Below, one piece after another: positions 19,401 through 28,228 of a stretch of DNA of 42,138 nucleotides (within the stretch, counting starts at the first letter, position 1; every line of letters begins with the position of its first letter). The notes beneath the pieces were generated by a model. It saw nothing but the letters and a program-made list of their open reading frames with translations. It had not been told where the DNA came from and made no database searches. Source of the stretch: a virus; IMG/VR virus record IMGVR_UViG_3300013193_000001; one strand, given 5' to 3'. The position numbers were made by a program, and so were the translations under genes.

Positions 19401-21477
19401 CTTCTCCTCGGCTGGTACGTGGCTGGTCAACGCCGGTAAGAACATCATCAGTGGCTTGATTAACGGTATTAAGTCGATGTTTGGCCAGGTTGAGAATGCT
19501 ATTGGCTCGGTCATGCCGGACAAGATTCGCGGCATGATTGGCTTCTCGGACGGCGGTGTCTATATGGTGCAGGGTGGTATTACCCGCGCCTACATTGACG
19601 GCGGTATCGACAAGCTAGAGCGCTACGCTAACGGCGGCTCGAAAGAGAAGCATACGGCGCAGATTGCTAAGGGCGGCGAGTGGCGTATCTGGGCGGAGCC
19701 GGAAACCGGCGGCGAGTCCTACATCCCACTGGCAAAGTCGAAGCGCAAACGCTCAACCCAGATTCTCGCCAAGACGGCCGACATTTTCGGACTGTCGGTT
19801 GTGGACAAGAAGGGCGAGCCGGTCAAACCAGGCCCGTCTTCCCAAGTAGCGCCGGCCAAGCCCCAGTACTTCGCCAACGGCGGTATTACGTCTAAGGACT
19901 TGCGCAGGTTTGCAGAAGGAGCCCGCGTCAAGGGCTACCAGGCGGCGCGCTCCCTAGAGGGCGCGCCATATGTGTTTGGTGGCTCGAACTGGGGTGACTG
20001 TTCCGGCACCGCGTCGGCGTTCGCCGCGCTTGCCAGCGGCATGAATCCGTTCCCTCGTAAGTTCGCCACGATGGACGAGGCCGCATGGTTGTCCTCGCAT
20101 GGTTTCCATCGCGGTCGCGGTAAGAAGGGCGACCTGCGAATCGGCTTCAAGAACGGCGGGCCAGGCGGCGGACATACCGCTTCGACACTTCCAGACGGCA
20201 CGAACGTGGAGATGGGCGGCGGTCGTGGTAATGGCCAGATTGGTGGCCGTGCCGCCGGCGCGTGGGACTCGTATTTCAACGAGTTCTTCTACAAGACCAT
20301 TAAGCCGCCGAAGCCGCCGAAGATGAACAAAATTCTCGACCAGAATGCCATCCCAGACGGCAGCACCATGACCATTGACGGCGTACCCGTCACTGTGAGT
20401 GCCGATGACACCACCACTGGTGCCACTGGCGAGAATACGGTCACGGTTGCGTTGTCCCCGGAGGACGCGGCTAAGGCCACCGCAGCGAAGGGGCTGGGCG
20501 ACCAGTCGATTCTCGACTTCGCAGTGGACGGCATCTTCGACATGCTCGGCCTGAAAGATTCCACCATCAAGAAATTGCTGACCACTAAGGGCAAAGACCT
20601 CCTACCAAACGGTGACAGCATTGTCACCACCAAGGAGGTTAAGGAGCAGCCGCGCACCAATGTGGCTGCGAAGAATGCCGAAGCGATTGAGTCCGATGCG
20701 GCAACGTCGTTGTCTCCGGCGAAGATAGCTAAGGACCCGCAGCTTGCAGCGCCCAAACCGGAGAAGAAAAAAGGCCCGACGTGGGGCCCTGATTTCTTTG
20801 CTGGTGAGATTGCTCGCAAGGCCAAGGATATGAGGTTGGATAAGCTGGCCGCGAGGATTGGTATTGCGACGGCTTTGGTGGAGTCGGGTAACCCGTTGAA
20901 GATGTGGGCGAACCGTGCTGTTCCGGAGTCGTTGAAGTACCGTCATGATGCTGTTGGTTCGGATTACGATTCCGTTGGTCTTTTCCAGCAGCGTGATAAC
21001 GGCGCGTGGGGCACGGTGAAGCAGCGCATGACCCCATACGACTCGGCGGGCATGTTCTTCGACAAGCTGAAATCCTTTGATTACAAGTCGATGGACCCGG
21101 GAGCTGCTGCGCAGAAGGTTCAGGTTTCTGCCTTTCCTGACCGCTATGGGCAGCAGATGGGTAATGCCGAGAAGCTGCTGAACAAGGTTGGTGTATTTGA
21201 CCAAGGCGGCTGGCTTAAGCCTGGTGGCATTGCCGTGAATCTGTCGAACGAGCCGGAGCCGGTGTTCAACGGCGACCAGTGGCGTGACATTAAGCGCGGC
21301 GGACTCAAGTCTGATGATGGTATGACCTTGGTGGTCAACCTTGAGGGCCAGGAGGTGCTGCGTAAGCGCGTGGACAAGGTCGAAGACGAAGTCACGATTA
21401 ATACCGAGGAGATTGGCAAGCTGCGGCGCCGTACGAGCGTGGCTGTGGCTGGCACGACTAGGGGAGGTGCGATGTAA
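16474..21477 (+). CDS. tape measure protein with embedded NlpC/P60 peptidase and SLT-like lytic transglycosylase motifs
   Basis: 1667 aa with a coiled-coil N-terminus and TM-like segments. YVFGGSNWGDCSG (NlpC/P60) at about 19945-20015. VESGNP...VGLFQQRDNGAWG (lysozyme-like ES...GLFQ) at about 20860-21010. Confidence 0.85.
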   Translation: MSAAGYAVLPTTVSLSGINKELQSQLLAPASKAAKKAGDSIEKGISKGTDNAAAKVEKANYRVKKSSEELADAEAKRNSEVLKSQAAAKQLEAAESKLADMKKSGKASSEQLAKAEGDVFTKRAKVETAAQNVEKAERGVEKAMAESKRASDSLATAQKDLENATDEATGATREFGDAAADADGKGQGFEVSLGKIAAAGAVVVGAVGAAGKAAYDIGAQFDDAYDTIRAGTGASGAAFEELQDSMRKVAGESIGVGSDMGAIGSTLADLNTRLGLTGEPLEKMTAQFMQLQNLGVDADINEVSKAMSGFGIEAKDMPAALDELFQVSQATGLTITELSQSAVKAGPVLRGFGFSMADSAALVGQMDKAGLDADKTLQSMQRALAEFASEGRDAPEALKETIGSIEELINAGDDAAAIDMASNIFGTRGAAQFVDAVKTGTLSVDDFMDATGATSDTIGGLAEETADFSERWDQFKNQAVLALEPIATKIFDSLVPALDRAQGAFEFTLGAVKGFAEWVQKSKDWLLPLGTGLTVVAGGLAAVAFQQKIIAAGGLIKWFKSLSSVTKLMTGVQAAFNMVMAANPIALITIAIAGLVAGLVVFFTKTETGRKMWESFTEALGAGWDWVVEKFQAGLDWVQSTFGPVFSQIGDMISGAWDATVEKVTGAVDRVKEIFSGALDFLKTGDTTDYAAALGISEDSPIFTALTFFRDRVVDLKNIAVASWDFMKAKWSEFTTGFGQFYQTWISPVVGFIGTAFGVLKDIAVGAWQAMQDKWSEFTQGFGEFYQAWIAPIVDVMMTGFQVLGSVVSAAFNGIWTAIQFVGSVISAVWSGAIQPVLSLFMSVVQSVASFVVPIFTAVIGGAFRTMGSLISNVWNGVIKPAWDFFRNAAGLLADVLTGNFSNIRNRFSSMGQAISNIVHGVINSAMNFFKSIFENAKQVAASFGQAIGRMVGTVRNKIGEMMGVLGQIPGKVQGVFSSAGTWLVNAGKNIISGLINGIKSMFGQVENAIGSVMPDKIRGMIGFSDGGVYMVQGGITRAYIDGGIDKLERYANGGSKEKHTAQIAKGGEWRIWAEPETGGESYIPLAKSKRKRSTQILAKTADIFGLSVVDKKGEPVKPGPSSQVAPAKPQYFANGGITSKDLRRFAEGARVKGYQAARSLEGAPYVFGGSNWGDCSGTASAFAALASGMNPFPRKFATMDEAAWLSSHGFHRGRGKKGDLRIGFKNGGPGGGHTASTLPDGTNVEMGGGRGNGQIGGRAAGAWDSYFNEFFYKTIKPPKPPKMNKILDQNAIPDGSTMTIDGVPVTVSADDTTTGATGENTVTVALSPEDAAKATAAKGLGDQSILDFAVDGIFDMLGLKDSTIKKLLTTKGKDLLPNGDSIVTTKEVKEQPRTNVAAKNAEAIESDAATSLSPAKIAKDPQLAAPKPEKKKGPTWGPDFFAGEIARKAKDMRLDKLAARIGIATALVESGNPLKMWANRAVPESLKYRHDAVGSDYDSVGLFQQRDNGAWGTVKQRMTPYDSAGMFFDKLKSFDYKSMDPGAAAQKVQVSAFPDRYGQQMGNAEKLLNKVGVFDQGGWLKPGGIAVNLSNEPEPVFNGDQWRDIKRGGLKSDDGMTLVVNLEGQEVLRKRVDKVEDEVTINTEEIGKLRRRTSVAVAGTTRGGAM

Positions 21478-22326
21478 ATGGTGAATCCTGTGCGGTTTGG
21501 GTCTGGATACTCTGGTTTCACTATGCCGGAGGAGCCTGGCTACAAAATCACCTATACTGCGCCGCATCGCCCTGGCGAGACGTTCATCTTGCACTCGATG
21601 CTTGACGCGGAAGCTGATGAGCAGCGCGTCGTGCTTAAAGAGAGCGGTTTTGGTGGCGGCTTCGGTGAGGTGGATTTTTCCTCGGCGGAGTCGGTCACTC
21701 GTTACGGTTCTCGTGTTGTTGGGTCGAAGGTTCCGGCGTTTGATGGCGAGTTGGATGTTGTCGTGCGTCCGGGGCCTGATGATTCGGTGATGGAGACATT
21801 ACGGGATTGGCGTAATGCGTGGTCCTATTTTGAGGACGGCAAGCTGAAGGTCGTGGCGCGTGATGGTGGTAACCGTGAGGCGCGTGTGCGGCTGGTGAGT
21901 TTCGCGGAGGTTGAGCTAGATCCGTCAGGGGCACGTCTTATTGAAGATAGTGTTCGGTATAGGTGCCTTGATGGGTACTGGTCTGGGGGTGTTAGGACAT
22001 ACACGGGTAACGTCACTGTGACGACTCCCGGCGACCTACCACCGAAACTTCGCCTGAAATGGGACGGCCGCTCAACCAGTTTCACCTTACCGAGTGGTCT
22101 GCGCGTCAGCTTGGCGCAAGGCCCGGGCACGAGGTGGATTGATTTGGAGCGCGGCATGCAAGGCCAAGTCACCGATGAGGGCGGCAACGTTGATACCGGA
22201 ACGTGGTCGTCGCTGCGCGGCGTGCTCGTGGGGGAGACGCTACAGCCTCACACAAAGAATGATTTTCAGTTGGGCGCGGGGCTCACCCTAGAAGTCACCC
22301 CGCGCTTTCTTAGCCCGTGGAGGTGA
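21478..22326 (+). CDS. distal tail protein (Dit-like)
   Basis: 282 aa immediately after the tape measure gene (TAAATG junction). Confidence 0.6.
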   Translation: MVNPVRFGSGYSGFTMPEEPGYKITYTAPHRPGETFILHSMLDAEADEQRVVLKESGFGGGFGEVDFSSAESVTRYGSRVVGSKVPAFDGELDVVVRPGPDDSVMETLRDWRNAWSYFEDGKLKVVARDGGNREARVRLVSFAEVELDPSGARLIEDSVRYRCLDGYWSGGVRTYTGNVTVTTPGDLPPKLRLKWDGRSTSFTLPSGLRVSLAQGPGTRWIDLERGMQGQVTDEGGNVDTGTWSSLRGVLVGETLQPHTKNDFQLGAGLTLEVTPRFLSPWR

Positions 22327-22329
22327 CAC

Positions 22330-23964
22330 ATGGTCAATTGGTCGCAGCATAAGGCTCACCGTGAAGCGGTCATGCAAGCCCACGGGCAGTACGTCGGCCT
22401 GTACGACAAGAACTGGGAGCCGGTGCTCGATATTGAGGACTGGCTAGAAGCCGAGTGGGGTGGCATTTTCGCGGACGTGGGCAACATGTCCATGACCTTG
22501 CCGGGTGAGATTTCGCCGGGCGTGGTCAACCCCGTGGTCGACTACCTTTTGCGTGACGATTTGCGCAACCTCGATAAGGGCGGCAGTCTAGACGCCCTTA
22601 TTCACGGGGCGGTGCATGTTGTCGTGGAGCGCCCTGGTCTTAAACGCCGCTGCTACCGCATTCTGGAAATCAACCCGCGTGGTGGCGACCCACAGGGCAA
22701 TCCCGCCGAGGTGGAATTGTCCGGTGTGGACTCGATGGAGCATTTGAAGCACTTGCCACTGTGGGCGGACCCCTCCAACAGGTCTAAGGTTGTGCAGTTG
22801 CAGTGGGAAGACCGCCAAGACGGCAGCGCCGAAAAAGTCTCCCGTAAACTCATCGGCCGAAACCTTATTGGGTATCAGCAGCCGAGTCTTCTAGACAGCA
22901 TGTTCTCGTGGACGGCGGGCTACACGAGCCCTCGCCAGTGGCGCGGGTTTAATCCGTCTATGCACCCGGTGATTTGCTCGCCGGTCATGTCGGGTAACCG
23001 CTCCGAGTGGTGCGTGGTGTCCGCACGCTGGGATAACGCCTGGGACTTGCTTAAAGCGACGTGGGCGGCGGCAGGCGTGCAGCCTTTCGCGTGGCTGTGG
23101 CTTCCCGGCGACCCGCAACCTTTCCCGTCTTATACGACGCTCTCGTTGCCTACGACGATTATTGATTTCGCCCCGAGGGCTACGGTGACTGGCGCGGCTG
23201 GCATCGTGGGGCAGGCTTTCCGCCAGTTGAAACGCACGATTAGCAGTGACGATTTCATTACGTCCACGACGGAGTTTGCGGACGTGGATATTAGGAATAG
23301 TGATGGGCGGCGCCCGTGGGTGGTTTACACCCTCATGGACGCCCCGGACGTAACACTGCGTAAGTCCACGGATCACCGTTGGCTGGTGGGTGGTAAGTCG
23401 CCGGACATAGTGAATAAGGCTGCGAACATTGGTATTAAGACGGCGTTTGCCGCGGCAGTGGCCGCAATCCCGTGGGTTGGTGCTCCTATTGCCGAGGTGA
23501 TTAAGGGCGGCGGTGAGCTGCTGGCGGAGTTGTCCGCTGACCGCCTGTTTGTCCTCAACGAGTACGTGGACCGAAATAGGCAGTTCCATTATGGCCGCTC
23601 GCGTTTCACGGCTATCTCCAAGACAGGTGAAGCGAACACTGTTGAGTCTTTGCAGAAGGCCTGGCAGGCGAAGCAGGAGACGGAGGGCGGCATTTCCGCC
23701 GAGTTCTCCATCGATTCGCCCGACCCGTATTTACCGGGGCGTGATTTCGACCTGGGCGACACCATCGGTATTACCGCGTGGGGTGTGGTGTGGGCAGCGT
23801 ACGTCAGTGGGTTGACGTGGACCTCGAAACCGGGGCAGGAAGTTGGCTGGCAGCTGCGTATTGGTGATTACTCCTCGCTGGCGTCGCCGGGTGAGCTCTA
23901 CCAGGCCAATAAAGAGAATGTTCGTGCTGTGATTGGCCGGCTGGCCGTGACAAAGGGAGGATAA
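22330..23964 (+). CDS. tail-associated (Tal-like) minor tail protein
   Basis: 544 aa following Dit; synteny. Confidence 0.55.
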   Translation: MVNWSQHKAHREAVMQAHGQYVGLYDKNWEPVLDIEDWLEAEWGGIFADVGNMSMTLPGEISPGVVNPVVDYLLRDDLRNLDKGGSLDALIHGAVHVVVERPGLKRRCYRILEINPRGGDPQGNPAEVELSGVDSMEHLKHLPLWADPSNRSKVVQLQWEDRQDGSAEKVSRKLIGRNLIGYQQPSLLDSMFSWTAGYTSPRQWRGFNPSMHPVICSPVMSGNRSEWCVVSARWDNAWDLLKATWAAAGVQPFAWLWLPGDPQPFPSYTTLSLPTTIIDFAPRATVTGAAGIVGQAFRQLKRTISSDDFITSTTEFADVDIRNSDGRRPWVVYTLMDAPDVTLRKSTDHRWLVGGKSPDIVNKAANIGIKTAFAAAVAAIPWVGAPIAEVIKGGGELLAELSADRLFVLNEYVDRNRQFHYGRSRFTAISKTGEANTVESLQKAWQAKQETEGGISAEFSIDSPDPYLPGRDFDLGDTIGITAWGVVWAAYVSGLTWTSKPGQEVGWQLRIGDYSSLASPGELYQANKENVRAVIGRLAVTKGG

Positions 23965-23966
23965 AC

Positions 23967-24560
23967 GTGGATTACCGCTATATTGTGCCCACGCAGGTGC
24001 CGGAGTCGGAGCACCCGTATGCGGGCCTGTTTTTGGGTGTTGTGCCGGAGGGGCGTGAGTCTGCCGTAGCACGGCATGTCTTTGATGAGTTGGGCGCTCG
24101 CTTCCAGGTGGGGGAGCCGGAGACCATCACGCTTGGGTGGGCGGTGGATTTCGAGACGAATAGTGACCGTGAGCGCGCCACGGTGGGGGAGTCGTTGGAC
24201 TTCCAGATACCAGGCGGCGATAGGCGCGGTGTGCGCATTGTTGAGGGGCATCTGCCGCCCGGTATTGAGCTACACCGCCACAACGGCACGCTGACTGGGG
24301 TGTTCGCTAAGCCGGGCCTGTACGACGTGACCCTAGCGCTTGGCCCCGCTGTGAAGCTCGACCCACTAGGCGGCACGGGCACACCGGGGGAGCAGGTCGC
24401 GTGGATACCCATTAACCAGAAACGCGCCCGCGCTGAATCCACAACACCAGCACCTAAAACCCTCGATGGTCTCACCGCCCTAGAACTATCCCAGCTTGCT
24501 GCCGAAGCGATGCGCTTGGAGCGTCTGAAAGCGATGGAGGAGCTAGACGATGGGCATTAA
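23967..24560 (+). CDS. minor tail protein
   Basis: 197 aa; synteny. Confidence 0.45.
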   Translation: MDYRYIVPTQVPESEHPYAGLFLGVVPEGRESAVARHVFDELGARFQVGEPETITLGWAVDFETNSDRERATVGESLDFQIPGGDRRGVRIVEGHLPPGIELHRHNGTLTGVFAKPGLYDVTLALGPAVKLDPLGGTGTPGEQVAWIPINQKRARAESTTPAPKTLDGLTALELSQLAAEAMRLERLKAMEELDDGH

Positions 24561-24903
24561 CCCCAACAGTGGCGATGGTGTCGAAAAGAACTACACCGTC
24601 GATGGCCGCACAGACGCAACAGACATCGTCTCCGACGCCGAGCACACCGGCCAGGAAGCGGGTAAAGCATTCGCCCATATTGCCGCGCAAGCTGATTCTG
24701 CAAACACCGGAATGGGAGAACTCTCTAAGCGGGTGGCCACTTTGGAGGGGAAGAAACCACCGGACTTGTCCAAATACGTAACCGCCGCAGCATTGAATGA
24801 CCTCCCTCTAGTTCTTTACTGGGACGGTAAATCCACCAAGCCCAAATTGCAGCCTAAGTGGCGGCTTTTCAACGGGGCGACCGGACAGATTGAGAAAGGA
24901 TAA
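24550..24903 (+). CDS. hypothetical tail protein
   Basis: 117-aa ORF overlapping the upstream stop. Confidence 0.45.
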   Translation: MGINPNSGDGVEKNYTVDGRTDATDIVSDAEHTGQEAGKAFAHIAAQADSANTGMGELSKRVATLEGKKPPDLSKYVTAAALNDLPLVLYWDGKSTKPKLQPKWRLFNGATGQIEKG

Positions 24904-24908
24904 TCATT

Positions 24909-27524
24909 ATGGCCGTTAAGCTTTCCGGCACTATTTCCGATATTACTTCCCGCCCTTTGGAGGACGTGTCCGAGGTGACGGTGAAGTCCGCGTATGCGCA
25001 GCCGTCTGCCGCTGGTATTACCGTCACCCAGCCCCAACGTGTGAATATTGACCAGTCCGGTAGTTTCACCGTGACCGCCACCGAGGGGGTGAAGGGTTGG
25101 CTTTATGTGGACGGGCCGGGTTGGTCTGACAGTATCCCATTCATCGCCGCCGCCGGAATGAGCATGATTTGGGAAGCTATCGCAAACGCCCTTGGCTTCA
25201 GTTCCAACATGCAGGACTACCTTGATGTTAAGGGTGGTATGCGTGAGATTTTGCAGGAAGCCGCCGACAAGATCGATTCGGTCATTAAGTGGCCTAAAGG
25301 CGGGCTAGAAAAGGGCACTGACCTTAATGAGGTCACGGATTCTGGTTTCTACCAAATTAATTCGTATAGTGTGGCCGCGTCGGCCCAGAATCTTCCAGAC
25401 GTTTCGGACGCTATCAACTCCGGCACCCTAGAAGTGTTTAACCTACGTGGTAAGGCCTGTGTGCAGCGTTGGACCGTGGACGGTCCCGCCACCGGCCCGA
25501 ACCTTATTTACATTCGCCACAGTGACACCGCTGGTGAGTGGTCACCGTGGGAGGAAATTGGCGCGAAATACGCATGGGTGCAGGGTGGCTTTGAAAAGGG
25601 CGCAGACCTCAACGAGGTCACCACGTCTGGATTCCATAAGGTCAACACGTACGCTATGGCCGCGTCGCTGAAGAACCTGCCTAATGAGTCGACCGCGATT
25701 AATTCCGGCGTGCTGGAAGTCTTTAACCTAAGCGGCAAAGCATGTGTTCAACGCTGGACGGTCAACGGACCAGCAACCGGCCCGAACCTGACTTACATTC
25801 GCCATAGTGACACCGCGGGCGAGTGGTCGCCGTGGGAAAAGCCTTGGGAGAGTGCAACGTGGGAGAAAACCGCCATCCCGAAAATGTCCAATATGGACGA
25901 TTACCTCACCTCCGGCATGTACCAGGTGGTCAACTACTCCACAGCATCGTCACTGGTAAATAAGCCCACGTTGCCCACAGCGATTAACCCTGCTGTCGTG
26001 GAAGTCCTAGCACTTGATACCGGCCAGGTCGTGCAACGCTGGACCACCGTAGGCGCAGTTGACCGTGATAATCCGGTCATGCAGCGCACCAGGGACAATG
26101 GCAGGAATTGGTCGGAGTGGGCACGTATCGGCAGCGGAGCGCTCGACGCTGGCGGTGGCTCCCCACTCGCGCAGGTCAACGCCGCCCGCTCCCACCAAAT
26201 GGCAGACCGTGGACTCCTGCGACTCCTGCTGCGCGGCGAAGAAGGAACCCCAGTGTGGGGCTGGACGGCACCACCCGGTGAGAAACTGGAAATCCCCACC
26301 CATGAGGACTCCGGCCAGGCGGTACACCCCTCCGTCCTGTATTTTGAGGACGGTTGGAACGGGTGGCGCTACTGGATGGTGATGACCCCGTACCCGAACT
26401 TTAATGAGGCCCACGAGGACCCCAACATCGTCGTATCCAACGATGGTGTGAAATGGCAAGTGCCAGACGGGCTTACTAACCCGATTGACGACGCTAAGGG
26501 ACGCCCCGACCCGTACAACTCGGACGCGCATTTGACTATGCGCGATAACGAAATGGTGCTCACCTGGCGCATGGTGGACCGCCCGAACAAGGGTCGTGAG
26601 TCCTTTTGGATGACGATGAGCCGCGACGGTGTGCACTGGTCGCCGAAGACAAAGATTTGGTGGCCGGAGCTTTCCGACCGGCATTCCTCCACCGTCGCAC
26701 AATCCTTACTCTGGTTGGGGGACCGGTGGCGACTGTATTTCATTTCCACGACCGTCTCGCCAAATCAGATCGTCTGGGTGGAGTCCACTAAGGCGGTTCC
26801 CACCCCGTCTGATTGGAGTAAGCCGCAAGAATGCTCGATGGACTTCACACTGCCATCTGACAGGGATTTCTGGCACTCTGAAATCCAATACCATGATGGT
26901 GAATACTGGGGCATCGTCTCTGACGCGAACCGGCGTACCACGGGTGTTAATGGCGTGATTTACCTCCTGCACTCTGCGGACGGCACTAAGTGGGAATTGT
27001 CCCCCGTACCTTTGGTTCCGCAGGCAGGCGACGGCCACGACTCCCTATACAAGACCGGATTCATCCTCTCCGGTAAAGGCGAGTCCATGACCATTGATGT
27101 GTACTACTCGGCTTATGACCGCCAGACACGCGAGTGGGGAACCTGGCGCACCACAGCAAGGTATGCGGGGCCGTTGGGTGAGAATCGCATTCGCAGCAAT
27201 GTGGATGTGGAGTGGCGTGGTGACCGGTTGGTGATTAATGGGGAGGTGGGGCCGTCACTGGCTGGCCCCAAGGGCAAGGACGGCACGAACGGTAAAGACG
27301 GTGCCATCAAATTCGAGTCCCTCACCCAAGCCCAAAAAGACGAGCTTAAAGGCGACGTATCCAAAAACCAACTGGACGCAGCCATCGCTGCGGAGAAAGC
27401 CCGAACCGTCGGCATGGTCTGGATGGTCGAGACCGAAGACCAAGCCAAGACCAAGGAATCCAGCTGTCAAAAGGGTGACTTTATTCAAGTCGCCGCTACA
27501 GGAAACATTTACAAGGTGGTGTAA
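24909..27524 (+). CDS. tail fibre / receptor-binding protein with triplicated about 85-aa domain, BNR/Asp-box (sialidase-like) beta-propeller region and collagen-like stretch
   Basis: 871 aa. Three tandem homologous segments (about 25285-26130) share GxxKGxDLNEVTxSGFxxxNxYxxAxSxxNLPxxSxAINSGxLEVFNLxGKACVQRWTVxGPATGPNLxYIRHSDTAGEWSPWE. BNR motifs SNDGVKWQ, SRDGVHWS and SADGTKWE (S-x-D-G-x-x-W). G-X-Y repeats GPSLAGPKGKDGTNGKDGA at 27241-27305. Confidence 0.8.
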   Translation: MAVKLSGTISDITSRPLEDVSEVTVKSAYAQPSAAGITVTQPQRVNIDQSGSFTVTATEGVKGWLYVDGPGWSDSIPFIAAAGMSMIWEAIANALGFSSNMQDYLDVKGGMREILQEAADKIDSVIKWPKGGLEKGTDLNEVTDSGFYQINSYSVAASAQNLPDVSDAINSGTLEVFNLRGKACVQRWTVDGPATGPNLIYIRHSDTAGEWSPWEEIGAKYAWVQGGFEKGADLNEVTTSGFHKVNTYAMAASLKNLPNESTAINSGVLEVFNLSGKACVQRWTVNGPATGPNLTYIRHSDTAGEWSPWEKPWESATWEKTAIPKMSNMDDYLTSGMYQVVNYSTASSLVNKPTLPTAINPAVVEVLALDTGQVVQRWTTVGAVDRDNPVMQRTRDNGRNWSEWARIGSGALDAGGGSPLAQVNAARSHQMADRGLLRLLLRGEEGTPVWGWTAPPGEKLEIPTHEDSGQAVHPSVLYFEDGWNGWRYWMVMTPYPNFNEAHEDPNIVVSNDGVKWQVPDGLTNPIDDAKGRPDPYNSDAHLTMRDNEMVLTWRMVDRPNKGRESFWMTMSRDGVHWSPKTKIWWPELSDRHSSTVAQSLLWLGDRWRLYFISTTVSPNQIVWVESTKAVPTPSDWSKPQECSMDFTLPSDRDFWHSEIQYHDGEYWGIVSDANRRTTGVNGVIYLLHSADGTKWELSPVPLVPQAGDGHDSLYKTGFILSGKGESMTIDVYYSAYDRQTREWGTWRTTARYAGPLGENRIRSNVDVEWRGDRLVINGEVGPSLAGPKGKDGTNGKDGAIKFESLTQAQKDELKGDVSKNQLDAAIAAEKARTVGMVWMVETEDQAKTKESSCQKGDFIQVAATGNIYKVV

Positions 27525-27526
27525 AG

Positions 27527-27922
27527 ATGTTGAAACGATTATTCACGCCGGGAAACACCCAAGTGTTTGATAAAGAAATCCCGGCAGGGGCAACAAATGA
27601 CTGGGTGCCATTCGAGGGGTCGAACTACGGCCTACAGATGGAGCAAGGCACCTACGCAGTGACTATCGTGACTGATGGAAACGTGCAACTCCAAGCGAAT
27701 CTAGCTGTGCACCAATTTAAGGGCAATTCCTACAATTGGGTGAGTTTCACCGAGGGTGTGACACTCCGCCTGCGCTGGGAGTCTAAAGGCGAGCTGCGAT
27801 TCCGCGTTAGCTCTGAAAAGGGTGGTTACGTAACTGTGCTAGTCACACCAGTAACAAACTCTCTCTCTCTCTCTCGTAAATGCGCTGACCAGCTGCGTAA
27901 GGCGGTGGCGGCATGGCGCTAA
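27527..27922 (+). CDS. hypothetical protein (paralog family member 1, contains (CT)8 tract)
   Basis: 131 aa; lower GC than the flanking genes; contains CTCTCTCTCTCTCTCTC at 27859-27875, encoding SLSLS. Confidence 0.55.
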   Translation: MLKRLFTPGNTQVFDKEIPAGATNDWVPFEGSNYGLQMEQGTYAVTIVTDGNVQLQANLAVHQFKGNSYNWVSFTEGVTLRLRWESKGELRFRVSSEKGGYVTVLVTPVTNSLSLSRKCADQLRKAVAAWR

Positions 27923-28206
27923 GACTCGTTGGTTCCCGCGACCAGGCGGCGTTCACACTCACCACGAACGAGGGCAATGCATGGGCATCGTGGGAGGGCC
28001 AAAGTCTCCCTTGGTGCGAAAATTTGGGGTACAGGCTTGCTCTCCTCCCAGGTCGGTATCGTGTCGAATCTCCCGCCGGGTTCGAACTCCTCACCAGCGG
28101 GTGGGCATCGCAGGGGACGGATGTGCTCGTGGAGGCCACGGACGGGGCCAAGATTTACGGCGACAACTCAAAAACAGGAGTTTTCTACATCACACGCCTC
28201 GCCTAG
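27913..28206 (+). CDS. hypothetical protein (paralog family member 2)
   Basis: 97 aa starting MALRLVGSRDQAAFTLTTNEGNAWASWEG. Similar N- and C-termini to 28229..28555. Confidence 0.5.
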   Translation: MALRLVGSRDQAAFTLTTNEGNAWASWEGQSLPWCENLGYRLALLPGRYRVESPAGFELLTSGWASQGTDVLVEATDGAKIYGDNSKTGVFYITRLA

Positions 28207-28228
28207 CCACCGTAGGCGGTGGTCACTA

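Noticed and set aside
16471-21594. Several long - strand ORFs (16471-17451, 18268-19395, 20602-21594) inside the tape measure gene
   Set aside because: Shadow ORFs of a long GC-rich gene. Their translations are low-complexity.
27859-27922. Possibility that CT-repeat slippage fuses 27527..27922 to the downstream paralog
   Set aside because: A -1 unit change gives an immediate TAA at 27877. A +1 unit change enters a frame that yields R/G-rich junk and not the 27913 ORF frame.
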